A DNA stretch of 63,223 nt, filler included, from Octopus bimaculoides (GCF_001194135.2; 4 parts of 3 records of this genome joined end to end with filler, not necessarily neighbours in it); one strand, 5' to 3'. Positions 26,464 through 38,880 are shown, counted from the whole stretch's first letter. Program-made: numbers and translations. The notes: generated from the sequence alone by a model not told the origin.

Positions 26464-27770
26464 AAAAATGAACCAAGAAGGAGACCAAAATCAGTTATTC
26501 AGCATGATGAATTAAATGCTTTGGTTAAACGAAATCTGAGAACAACAGTCTGAAAAATCGGATCAGAGCTCCAGACATTTCCCGCAACTGCTTCTTGACA
26601 GTTAAAGAAAGTTGAAAAAGTCAAAAAGATGGATAGGTTTATTCCCAATCAACTTAATTTGATTCAAAGAAATAGACGCCTTACAGTGTGTTCCATGTTG
26701 ATATCTCGGTTGGACGGTAGAGGAGTAGGGGCCGAAACCGGACGTGGTTCCTCCTGATGATGTCTTGAGCTAACTGGATCTTAATCTACCAAGGGAAGGT
26801 ATGCCAGAAGAAAGTAATTCAACAACGCGGGTTGATGAACCGTAAGACGTGTGGCCAGAACCTCCTGGAAAATAACCATAGCGAGGGACATTCCACAGTT
26901 GAATTAGAATAGTCACAAACAGCACAAACAGTGAAAGAAGACATGTACCCAACACCAGAGCTGAAGACACCTTCGAAAGGAGGGGCCCCACCACGTCAAA
27001 ACGGTAGAGGAGTAGGGGCCGAAACCGGACGTGGTTCCTCCTGATGATGTCTTGAGCTAACTGGATCCTATAAAGGAGCTGTTGTGGTAGCAGACCACGA
27101 AACATGGTTGAAATTCCTTCCCATTACGTGTGATGAGAAATGGATACTCTTTGATAACAGCAGGAGTACAGGACATTGGTTAGATACAGGAGAAACACCA
27201 AAACACTACCCAAAACCACCATTGCTCCCTAACAAGTTGATGGTCACTGTATGGTGGTCAACAAAAGGGATCATTCATTATTCATTTTTGCCACAATGAA
27301 AAACTGTAACAGCAACATCCTACTGTGAGGAAATTGATTGTGTGCATGAAAAATCAAAAATGAAGCAACCGAGATTAGTGAATAGGAACAGCCCAATTTT
27401 GCTCCATGACAATGCACGGCCTCACACTTCTCAAGCTACCGCTCACAAGTTGCAAAGCCTGACTTATGAAATTTTGGCACATTCAACTTATTCTCCTGAT
27501 ATCTCTCCGACTGATTATCACATATTTAAACACTTCGAGTTTGCTATACGCAATAAAACATTCTGAAATAAAGAAGAGGTGATTGAAGCATTCCAACAGT
27601 TTATTAGTGTAAAAAGATGACAAATTCTTTGAAGATGGAATATATGTGTTAGAGGAACGCTGGATGAAGGTCATAAATGAACAAGGATCGTATATTGGTT
27701 AAATAAATATTCCAAAACTTAAAAAAAAGTATTTAATGTTTCCTTTTCCAAATGTGAGACAACATTTATA
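26464..27770 (+). mobile_element. Mariner (D,D34D) transposase pseudogene, 5' end in an N gap, interrupted by a 393-bp insertion
   Basis: Motifs ITCDEKW, KLMVTVWW, LLHDNARPH and YSPDISPTDY, with 34 residues between the 2nd and 3rd catalytic D. In-frame stops near 27298 and 27566. Confidence 0.9.
26713..27105 (+). mobile_element. 393-bp non-coding insertion with an internal 67-bp direct repeat and 5-bp flanking duplication GGTTG
   Basis: 26714-26780 is identical to 27001-27067. GGTTG at 26708-12 and 27106-10. Removing the insert restores the mariner frame ...ISR-LKFLP-ITCDEKW. Confidence 0.75.
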
Positions 27771-28657
27771 TANNNNNNNNNNNNNNNNNNNNNNNNNNNN
27801 NNNNNNNNNNNNNNNNNNNNNNNNNNNNNNNNNNNNNNNNNNNNNNNNNNNNNNNNNNNNNNNNNNNNNNNNNNNNNNNNNNNNNNNNNNNNNNNNNNNN
27901 NNNNNNNNNNNNNNNNNNNNNNNNNNNNNNNNNNNNNNNNNNNNNNNNNNNNNNNNNNNNNNNNNNNNNNNNNNNNNNNNNNNNNNNNNNNNNNNNNNNN
28001 NNNNNNNNNNNNNNNNNNNNNNNNNNNNNNNNNNNNNNNNNNNNNNNNNNNNNNNNNNNNNNNNNNNNNNNNNNNNNNNNNNNNNNNNNNNNNNNNNNNN
28101 NNNNNNNNNNNNNNNNNNNNNNNNNNNNNNNNNNNNNNNNNNNNNNNNNNNNNNNNNNNNNNNNNNNNNNNNNNNNNNNNNNNNNNNNNNNNNTTATACA
28201 TATATATATCACCCTCTGCCAAAAATTCCAAATTTTATTTAATTTGCTTTGCGTTCCAACGAAGTCGCGTATTGTCCTTGCCTTCGAAACGGGGAGTAGA
28301 TGGAACAGGAAAAACTGAAGAAAGGAAATATTCTTTATGTTGCATGTCTCATTTCTCTGTTTGTTTTTCTTTTTTTTTTTCGTTGTTCGAAAAAGAGTTC
28401 GTTTCTGTCTTCGTCTTTATGTTTTCCTTTCTCATTGTGTTTAACGTTTTTTGTGATGTCCTGTACCCATATATGCATATATGTATACATATAGATGTAT
28501 GTATTACATATATATGTATGGATATATGCATATATCTATATATTATTTATGTTATTATATGATCGAACGCCAAGCATCCGTTTCCAAGTAAGTTTTATCT
28601 TAATAATTACTACTGCTCACTCTACTACTATTACTATCACTTTCCTGTCTATCTCTC

Positions 28658-29078
28658 TAGCCCATTGTTAGGTTCGCAATGACTGGGGATGCCCTAGTAC
28701 CCATACCAATTCCGGATTTTTGTCGGTAAAACGTATTGTCAAACATGAAGTGGTTGTTTCGTAAGATGAATTCAACCGATTTCGTTATGAATTCTTTACT
28801 GATCCTGTTTGGAATTTCTTCTGGAAATTGGTCCAGCCTGAACTGAATTACCTCTAGCCCATAATTATGAGGTATACTGGGCACTAGGGCAGCCCCAGTC
28901 ATTGCGAACCTAACAATGGGCTACCTGGAAGTAATGCTATACCAGGTATCTTTATCTACCTTTGGAAAACCCTTTTTCCCAATAGATAAAAGAAAATTGG
29001 AAAAGATTCCTAGACGACTGTTTCATAGTCTGGAATGAAAACACAGATAAACTCCTGAAATTCAAAAGACTATTGAAC
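28658..29078. mobile_element. Penelope-like RT fragment with an internal inversion
   Basis: Minus strand 28878->28658 reads SIPHNYGLEVI...FILRNNHFMFDNTFYRQKSGIGMGTRASPVIANLTMG. Plus strand 28878->29078 reads GTRAAPVIANLTMGYLE...ENWKRFLDDCFIVW. Confidence 0.85.
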
Positions 29079-29454
29079 NNNNNNNNNNNNNNNNNNNNNN
29101 NNNNNNNNNNNNNNNNNNNNNNNNNNNNNNNNNNNNNNNNNNNNNNNNNNNNNNNNNNNNNNNNNNNNNNNNNNNNNNTATATACATATATATATATATG
29201 TGTGTGTGTGTATATATGTATGTATATACATAAGTATGTATATATTTATGTATATATGTATGTATATGCATGTATTTATGTATATGTATGTAAATAAATG
29301 TATGTATGTATATGTATATGTATGTATCTATATGCATGCATGGATGTATATGTATGTATCGATGTATGTATGTATCTATATGTATGTATCTATATGCATG
29401 TATGGATGTATATATATGCATGGATGTATGTATGTATGTATGGATGGATGGATG

Positions 29455-29506
<52 letters not shown>

Positions 29507-29653
29507 TACTGCCACACCTCGAATACTGCTACCCCTTGTTGTCTCCCCATACAAAACAAGGATTTCGATAATCCTATCAGGTGGTACTATTAAGTTAGAC
29601 ATGGCCTGGATCAATCTTTGGTTGAAAGATATCTAAATTTATGCGTGTGTGTA

Positions 29654-29714
<61 letters not shown>

Positions 29715-30004
29715 GTGTGTGTGTGCGTGTGCGTGTGTGAGTGTGTGTATGTGTGTTTGTGTATGCGCTCGCGTGTGTGTACGTATGTATATATCTATGT
29801 GAAAGAAACTGTATAGACAAGCAGATATGAAAATTTATATAGCGTAGATTGAGGCGTCAGCGTCGGTGCTGATATGTATATTTGTGTCGCATATTACTGT
29901 CGTCATTCTGTTGAGCTCATATAATTCAGTTCGACCAAGTGGAACGTAAATAAGTGATTATAGACATAAAGACGAACGCCTATACCTCCTTGCTTAGAAA
30001 ATGA

Positions 30005-30080
<76 letters not shown>

Positions 30081-30959
30081 GTACAACTGTCCTTGTGTGA
30101 TTGTTCATTTGTATTTGTGGGCGTGTGTAAGTTGTATGTTTATGTGTACGCGGGTGTCCGTGATTGCAGATTATATATATATAGATAGATATATAAATGT
30201 GTGTGTGTGTGTGTGTGTGTGTGTTTTAAATATTTACACGTGTGCGTGCGCATGAGTCTCTGTGTGAGTATTTATTTATCATATTTAAGAGATAAAATAT
30301 ATCGCCGCTTTTACCTGAAGTAATTTACTTCGTTGACAGCAGAGTAAGTAAACACTTCTGTATTTTGTTTTCCAGATATTCGTACGTATGCCCGCATCTA
30401 TGTTGATATTCACGTTCAGGACTGCCACAACTTAATAGAGTTGTTAAGTCAACCCAACAGTGACCACTCGATCATATCTTCAGGTCCTCATTGTTTATTG
30501 TGTTCTTACCAATTTTTTTTTCTTTTTTTTTTTTTGTAAATTTAAAAGGTACGGGAAACTTGGATAATCTGCTACTATTTTTAGCAAGTCGAGCAACAGC
30601 ATATAACTTTCTTCATTCGCTCGTTTATATGTATGTATGTATGCACATATGTATGTATGCACGTATGTATGTATGTATGTATGTATGTATGTATGTATGT
30701 ATGCATGTGTGTATGTTTGTATGTATGGATGGATGGATGGATGGATGCAGGTATGTATAGCAAACATGGAAGTTTATGTGTACAAATGCGCTAGTATTTC
30801 AGCGTTTGTGAGGGTCACTACGTATGCGTGTTAGGGTACGTATGTCGATGCTTAAAAATATATCCATATTAGTGGAGTATTTTCCTTATCAAATTTACTG
30901 GAGCCATTAAAAGAGTTGTTCTGTTACCCTAGGTTAGCCTGGGGCGAGCAGAACTATTT

Positions 30960-31347
30960 GTCTTGTTGGCACTCCGTCGCTTACGGCGACGAGGGTTCCA
31001 GTTGATCCGATCAACGGAACAGCCTGCTCGTGAAATTAACGTGCAAGTGGCTGAGCATTCCACAGACACGTGTGCCCTTAACGTAGTTCTCGGGGATATT
31101 CAGCGTGACACAGAATGTGACAAGGCCGACCCTTTGAAATACAGGTACAACAGAAACGAGAAGTAAGAGTAAGAGAAAGTTGTGGTGAAAGAGTACAGCA
31201 GGGTTCGCTACCATCCCCTGCCGGAGCCTCGTGGAGCTTTTAGGTATTTTCGCTTAATAAACACTCACAACGCCCGGTCTGGGAATCGAAACCGCGATCC
31301 TATGACCGCGAGTCCGCTGCCCTAACCATTGGGCCATTGCACCTCCA
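30960..31347 (-). mobile_element. tRNA-derived SINE sharing its head and body with 48703 but with a different tail
   Basis: A box TGGCCCAATGG and B box GGTTTCGATTCC. The tail motif recurs at about 1455-1560. Confidence 0.75.
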
Positions 31348-31989
31348 CTATTTGTGTGACTACAACATTTCATTCGCATGTATTTTTCTCTTCACATTAG
31401 ATAAAAATTCTCACAGTTATATGCTTAATAGCGTCACCCATTCTTCATTTTATGTATAAAACAAGATCAAATTAATATAATTACTGTCATTATCAAGTTT
31501 ATAGTAGTTTTATGTGAGTTTATAGTCCAACACTAGGTGCATGTTTATGTTTCAAAAGTGTGTGTAGCACCATCATTTAAGAGTATAGCACACTGCTCTT
31601 CAATAATACATATGTCTTGAATACTAATATATGTCTCGCTATGTTGAGAGATTAATTTTTGTTTTGTTTGTTGTGTTACTTTAGAGTTTCGTCTATTCAA
31701 TGAATAATGAGAAACAAGAATTGTATAGTTTTGTTGAATATTGATTGTGTTTCGCAACTGTAGTGTAACTTATGTTATATGGTTTAGTGTCGACTGACGC
31801 TTGTGTGTTGTGTGGGTTACATTATTGGATTGTAATTGCATAGAATATGAGTTAAACCGGCGGTGGCCTGTGAAATGCGTTGTATCATCACACATCCATA
31901 TCTATGACAATATGTTTCTTTAAGTAATGATTCTAGAATTATGAGCACTATTTTATAGTATTTACTGATTGTGATCAATAAGTATTCGG

Positions 31990-32812
31990 ACTGTTGCCAT
32001 GGTAACGAAGCTAAAGCATGCCGAGTGAAGCCGCTTGACACAGATTGACCTTGCACTCTGCTGTGCATGTGCACTAAGTTTTGATATTCGAGATTACATC
32101 CGTTGTTTACAGCAATGCTTCGAAGGAAGGTGTGTAGCATGTGATCGTCGCATTGACCATGACAGAGAAAGTTCAGCAGAGAATCCGCACCAAATTTTGC
32201 CAAACGCTTGGCGATACCTGCTCAGAGGCCTACGCAGAGTTCTCAAAATCAAGGAGATCTTGTGCAACTGAAATCCGAGTGTCATTCTGGTCAGCTGAAA
32301 GCGGTTTTAGCACAAAGTTAGCAGATACGAGTCTTATATCCAAATCTTCAGTGATAATAGACTGAACTGAGCTGTAACTAATCTGCACATTTTCTGATAA
32401 CTCATGGATGGTGATTCAACCATTTCCTCTTACAGCTGCACGCACGTCTGCCATGTTTTTCTCAGTTCTGTTGGTTGCGGGTCTCTGAGAACGTTCGTCA
32501 ATATCGACTTTTTTCGGCCATCTTGGAAACGTTTGAACCACTCGTACACTTGTGTGCAGCTCATACACTCATCTTCATACACTTTCTGCAACTTAGCGCA
32601 GGTCTTTGAGCAGGTATCACCATTACACCTTTCTGTATCATGGTCAACGCGATGATCACACACTACACACCTTCCTTCGAAGCACTGCTGTAAACAGCAG
32701 AAGTGAGCTAGAACGTTAAATCTGAGTGCGCATGCACAGCAAAGTTTAAAGTCAATCTTTACCAAACGGCTTTACTTCGCATGCTTTAGCGTCGTTACTA
32801 TGGCAACATATT
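31990..32812. mobile_element. Two convergent mariner 5' ends (+ copy about 31990-32243; - copy about 32243-32812)
   Basis: Both start GTTGCCAT(G/A)GTAACGA...CTAAAGCATG and lead to ATG. The + copy reads MTEKVQQRIRTKFCQTLGDTCSEAY. The - copy reads ...VYEWFKRFQDGRK... and RLVSANFVLKPLSADQ (WVPxxL-like region). Confidence 0.8.
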
Positions 32813-33205
32813 ATTATTATTATTAAGTGAGAGAGCAGTGTATGCCATTAAAGTGACACTGGGGTAAAATATACGAAGCCCAGTATATCCATCATCACTA
32901 CCCACCTGATAAGGGTACACCAGGCACATGCATCACTACCATATGTGCGGACATGGTGATCTCATATAAAGATTGACAGCGCATGACCTTGCAAGCGGGT
33001 CCAATTAGAATTTTCTTCAGGTCGAGTAACCCATCCCGCTCAAAAGGTCCCTGAATAAAGGTTATTTAAAGAACTTGAACGAAACAACTATGTTTCCAGA
33101 GATGAATTATTCGAGCCCCAAAGAATTCCTTTCAACACATGACTATGACACTCCCCCACTACTTCTACTCATGATCAGAGATGCACATATCGTCATTAAC
33201 TAAGG

Positions 33206-33268
33206 GACATGCTCAACTGGTTTAAAGACATGCTCAACTGGTTTAAAGACATGCTCAACTGGTTTAAA
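33206..33268. repeat. 21-bp tandem repeat x3 (GACATGCTCAACTGGTTTAAA) inside a family D copy
   Basis: Three exact units; the paralogue at about 54370 has a single diverged unit. Confidence 0.9.
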
Positions 33269-34330
33269 CAACTGACAAGCAAATCTATGGCATTGAGCAG
33301 AATGTTTGCTGTAATTTCTTCTTGTTTTACGCTATAAGTTGAAATTCTCTTTACCCCAAAACTGAAAGCGTAGCCGGTGTTGTGTCTGTATGGAAAGATA
33401 GTCGCTCATCTGCTACTCATTGAAAGTGAAAGAAATTGGAATACGATGATTACTTAATGCACTTTATATATACACTTTATATACTTTATGCACAATTTTA
33501 TAGACTTAATACACAGCACTCATAAAATAAATATTAACTCTTATTTTTCCTATGCTTTCCCATAAACAAGCAAAAAAAAAAATATCCCGTACATATGATA
33601 CAACCTTTAGTTAAACTGCATATATCAGCTACGTAATTAAGAGTGAACATTTCACGGAATCGCACTTATGTGCATGCGTTAATTGATATAAAAAACTTAG
33701 TTCAATGTTTAAAAAATACACTTTTCACTATCCAGTCATCACCGCCACCTCCAGCACCACCACCTCCACCACCACCTCCACCACCACCACCACCTTCTCT
33801 CTACCTCTTTTTCTTTCAACATATTTCCTCTTTCCCTCTTTTCTTTCTCTCTCTTTTTCTCTGATCACGTGAAAGCGTTACCGACGGGCTAAGTAACAGA
33901 ATGAAATGCTGAATTATTATAAGATGTTTAAAACTGATTCATTAACAGACACATAGACACACACATGCGCGTGCACACTCACAGCACACATATACACTTA
34001 TATACATTTACATAAAGATACTCACACAATTACTATTATTTTGTGTACAATAAATAACAAGTTTTACGTAATGTAATACGTCATTCTTTATCAAACAGCA
34101 ATGGTTATTTATAGAAGATCCTAACATTTATATTTTAACCCCGAACAAAGTTCACTGTGAACCATTAAGTGACATCGCGTGGACAACGAATCAGTTACAT
34201 TCTGAAACCTTTCATATCTTCTCTAAATACTAATGTCTGTTTGATAAAGTATGCTTAATTTCAAATATCACATGATGTAAATAATTAACTATATTTCAAT
34301 ACATAACAATAATAATATTACTATTTACAT

Positions 34331-34950
34331 GAAGGCGGCGAGCTGGCAGACCGGAAAAAATGCATCGCAGTATTTTGTCTGTCTTTACGTTCAAATTCCG
34401 CCGAGGTCGATTTTGCCTTTCATACCTTTCGGGGTCGATAAAATAAATACTCTTTGATCACTATAATTGATGCAATCGACTTGCCCTACCCCCGAAATTG
34501 TTGGTCTTGGTGCCAAAGTTTGGAATCAATATTTCCTTTAAGGCGGCGAACATAGCAGTATTTCGTCCGTCTTCACGTTCTGAGTTCAAATCCTGCCGAG
34601 GTTGGCTTTGCCTATCATCCTTACAGGGTCGATAAAAAAGATACCAGCTGAGTACTAGGGATCGATGTAATCGATTTACACCCCCAACTCCAACCGAAAA
34701 TGCGCTGTGTCAAAATTTGAAAGTCAAGATTTACAATAAGGCGGTGAGCTGGCATAATCGTTACTGCACCTGGCAAAATGCTTAGCGGCATTACATCTGT
34801 CTTTGCGTTGCGAGTTCGAATTCCGCCGAGGTCGACTTTCATATTTTCAGAATCGATAAAATATGTCCCAGTTGATCACCATGGTTGAGGCATTCATCTT
34901 TCCTTTTCCTCCGAAATGGCTGATCTTGTGCCAAAGTTTGAAACAAATGT
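34331..34950 (+). mobile_element. Three head-to-tail copies of SINE family B (Nin/Deu-like central motif)
   Basis: AAGGCGG(C/T)GA starts at about 34331, 34540 and 34737. Each copy has TTC(A/G)AAT(T/C)C.GCCGAGGT.G.(C/T)TT..., and the first two have GGGTCGATAAAA. Domain name is an inference. Confidence 0.8.
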
Positions 34951-35035
34951 TAATATTTTACATTGCTTGGAGTCTTTGTTTATTCATGTTCAAATGTCGC
35001 GTTGCTTCAAATAAATTCTGTCACTACAAACTCTG

Positions 35036-35087
<52 letters not shown>

Positions 35088-35708
35088 NNNNNNNNNNNNN
35101 NNNNNNNNNNNNNNNNNNNNNNNNNNNNNNNNNNNNNNNNNNNNNNNNNNNNNNNNNNNNNNNNNNNNNNNNNNNNNNNNNNNNNNNNNNNNNNNNNNNN
35201 NNNNNNNNNNNNNNNNNNNNNNNNNNNNNNNNNNNNNNNNNNNNNNNNNNNNNNNNNNNNNNNNNNNNNNNNNNNNNNNNNTATGTATGTATGTATGTAT
35301 GTATGTATGTATGGGTGTATATATGTTTGTGTGTCTGTGTTTGTCTCCCCCCCAACATCGCTTGACAACCGAGGCTGGTGTGTTTACGTACCCATAACTT
35401 AGCGGTTCGATAGAATAAGTACTAGGCTTACAAAGTCCTGAGGTCGATTTGCTCGACTAAAGGCAGTACTCCAGCATGGCCGCAATCAAATGACTGAAAC
35501 GAAAAAGATAAGAGATATTTAATTCAATTAATAGAAAGACCCTGCAACATTAGAATATTTAGAGATGTAAGGCAAATTTGTCAGCAACCAGCCATGAGCG
35601 CTGGTTGCTGACAAATTTTTCTGCTCTAAAAAGGATTTTATCTTATATATATATATGCTGTTCTATCAGCATTTACGCGTTGAAAAATATATCTTCATGT
35701 TTGTTCTA

Positions 35709-35835
35709 CAGGGTGTCCACAAAGTCTGGGTACATGGGGATTAACACATGCTTTAAGAAATTATTATTTCTTATATTTAATTGTTTATGTAATGATTTTA
35801 TTTGCTCCATGTACCCAGACCTTTTGGACACCCTG
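35709..35835. mobile_element. 127-bp Tc1/mariner-type MITE
   Basis: 29-bp TIRs CAGGGTGTCCACAAAGTCTGGGTACATGG (2 mismatches between ends) flanked by TA at 35707-08 and 35836-37. Confidence 0.85.
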
Positions 35836-36586
35836 TACAATACATTTCAATTCGTCAAAAACAAATTTATGTTTATTTACATATGATGTAATTTACCACT
35901 TTGTTTTTTCCTATCAAAAATGAAACCTTGTTGATCTCGCTGTATGCCTTGTGTGATATTAACCTCTATCCTGTAGTGACGCTCGAATTCGAGAGTGCAA
36001 GAGATTTGGAGAGTTGGATGTTAGCCCTTAGTGTACACTATTTCCAGATCTATTCTCATATGATCAACTAATATCTGTCAAACCTAAGGTGGTGAGATGT
36101 CAGGATCGTCAGCATGCCGGGCAAACTGCCTTACGGCATTTCGTCCGTCTTTACGTTCTATGTTCAAATTCCGCCGAAGTCGACTTTGCCTTTCATGCTT
36201 TCAGGGTCGATAAATTAAGTACCAGTTGAGCACTGGGGGCGATGTAATCGACTTACCTCCTCTCCCGAAATTACTAGCTTTGTGCCAACATTTGGAACCA
36301 ATATTTCTCAAGCTTACAGAGGAGACGGAATAGGGGATGGAATATGTGGCGTGCAGCATCGCCACATCGGGCGTGGAATGCGCTGACGTCACGTGAAACA
36401 GTGTCCTGCATAACTGTTCAACAGTGTCCTGCATAGCATGCAGAAGGCAAAACGGGAAATTACATCTGAATGTTTTTCAAGAAAAATCATGGATTTTTAA
36501 ACTTTGAGAAGGAGGTTCGCGATCACCTAAAAGACGGGAATAAAACACCTGAAGATAAAGAAAGAGAGAGAGAGAAAGAGAGCGAC

Positions 36587-36642
<56 letters not shown>

Positions 36643-38880
36643 GAAAGAGAAAGAAGAGAGGAAAAGAAAGTCCTCGCTCAGGAAATTACACATTGTAATT
36701 AAAACAAATAAAATCCTCCATGGCCAGAAAAATTTATCGATTTATCTAGTTTCCGTCATTTTTTACAGTTTCATCAGAGATCAGATATGGAATTTTCTTA
36801 CCATTGTAGCACAAAATTATCTATAGTATTTACAAACTGGCATAGTACTAATCTGTTCTGCCCTCTTCTGCATGGCAGAACATCATGGTTTTTGAAAAAG
36901 TGACAAAAAAAAAAAAAGAAAGAAAAAAAAAACAGGTTGATCTTTTCATTCTGGCCACAAAGAAAAAGTAACGTCTGACTTAACAACAGCACTAATTTTT
37001 CCTGATAAGGATAACAATAAGTGCTTACTATAAATGCACCTATATAAGTTCATTCATTTTATACATCCGTTTATCAAACCACCATGTGGTGCTTCTCAGT
37101 CAGTCGTTAAAGCGTTGGTTAAAATGACTTGCGGAATTTTTTTTTCTTTTTTACTCTTAACGTCCTCTGTTAAAATCCCACCGGAGCTAACTTTAGTTTT
37201 TCTCACTCTAGAGTAAAAAAAAGTACCAGTCAAAAACTGGAGACGGGTTTGATTAACTTAATATGCTCCGTCTAGAAAATCAGAAAACGATGATAATGAT
37301 TCAACGTTGCCAAAGCTGGTGCTAAATAAGAGCAAATTTTAGATCTATGATTATATATATTGGTTTCTAATTTCGGCAAGGCCAGCAGTTTCGGGGAGAG
37401 AGTAAATCGATTTCAGACACTCCAGTGATAAACTGGTACTTATTTTATTGACCCCGAAAAGATGAAAGGTAAAGTCGACCTTGGCGGAATTTAAATTCAG
37501 GGCGTAAAGCCGGACGAAGTACTTCTATGCATTTTGCTCGGCGTGGTAACGATTCTACCAGCTCACCATCTTACTGTTTATATATATAATAGGAAAAGAT
37601 ATTACTTATTACTCTCTCTGTGGCCAGGAGAATAAGTAACCGATTTGTGATTAAGCCGGTAAAAAGAGTAACATTGTGGCTAATTAAGTCGGTCACCATT
37701 TCATGACCACGACGAATACACGATGAGAATAAATTGTGCTTATTATTAATACACAGTGGCAAAATGCTTGGCCGCATTTCGTGCGTCTTTATGTTCTGAG
37801 TTCAAATTCCACCGAGGTCGACTTTGCCTTCATCCTTTCGGGGTCGATGAATTAAGTAATGGAGTCCAAGCAATTGACTTACCCCCCCCCCCACACACAC
37901 ACACACACCAAAAAAAATCAGGCCTTGTCTTTAGTAGAGAGGATTGTTAATACAGTCTTTCCCTTGCAGTTTCCCTTAATTTGTTTTTAAATTGAAACTC
38001 TATCAACACTGCTTAGGAGTTTAGGTAATTTATTTACAGACTAGTAGACTCAGTCTGAAAGTTAACTATTTTGGATGCAGTCAACGACCTCTTCAGCGAG
38101 GACATTTATCAGTTCTATAAACAATGATGCAAAAGGGATATTTTAAACCAAAACCGGATTCGCGTTCAGATAATACAGCGAGTGCCTGTCCATGAACCTA
38201 ATACGAGTCGACACTAAATTTCGTCAAGAGAATCTGTATATATGTAATCTCCATATACTATGTATGCCGTATGCTGGTAAGGGATTATAGGGCGTTGTAT
38301 TTAAACGTTAAATGAATGTTTGGAGGTGTGTCTGTTGTCAAAAACTTTTTCTTGAATAACTGAATCTGTAAAATGGTTTCGATGCCACTTGTGTGGTGTG
38401 TCTTCTTTATATCCCAAATACATTTAGAAAAAACAAAACAAAAAAAAACAGAATCAGTTGAACTTCTTAATCACAATAAAGATTTCTTGAATAGATGCAT
38501 AAGCATAATACCACAATTTGGATGATGGACTGGGATGATAGACATCTAAATTGATCCTTAGCAGTTATTTGATTAGTTTTTTATTTTATCAGTTCAGTAA
38601 GAATGAAAAGAAAGACTGATCTGAGAGAGATTTGAACTCAGTGCTTAAAGAGACGTAATCCTGTTCATTTCCGTCCTCCATTCCACGATAAATATTGATT
38701 TCTTAGGCTCAAAGCTTCAAAGTCTTAGAAAGGAACTGTGTATTTATCCCAGTACTTATGTGGTACTTTATTTTATCAGCCCTAGAAAGATGAAAGGCAA
38801 AGTTAACCTTAGCTACACTAATATACAGCGTGAAAAGATGAAGCATGTAACATGAGGCATTTTGTCCAATGTTCTAGCGA

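Noticed and set aside
26961-26985. CTGAAGA...CGAAA as another hammerhead
   Set aside because: No stem II pairing flush with the core, and no matching NUH site or stem I partner was found.
26770-27105. 111-aa minus-strand ORF as a gene
   Set aside because: It lies wholly within the mariner insertion and has no recognisable domain.
29497-29620. ILPHLEYCYPLLSP as a host exon
   Set aside because: It resembles the LINE RT C-terminal RPHLEYC motif, so it is probably a short retrotransposon scrap, too small to classify.
33643-33864. Poly-proline ORF
   Set aside because: It is a (CCA)n low-complexity tract with no splice or domain support.
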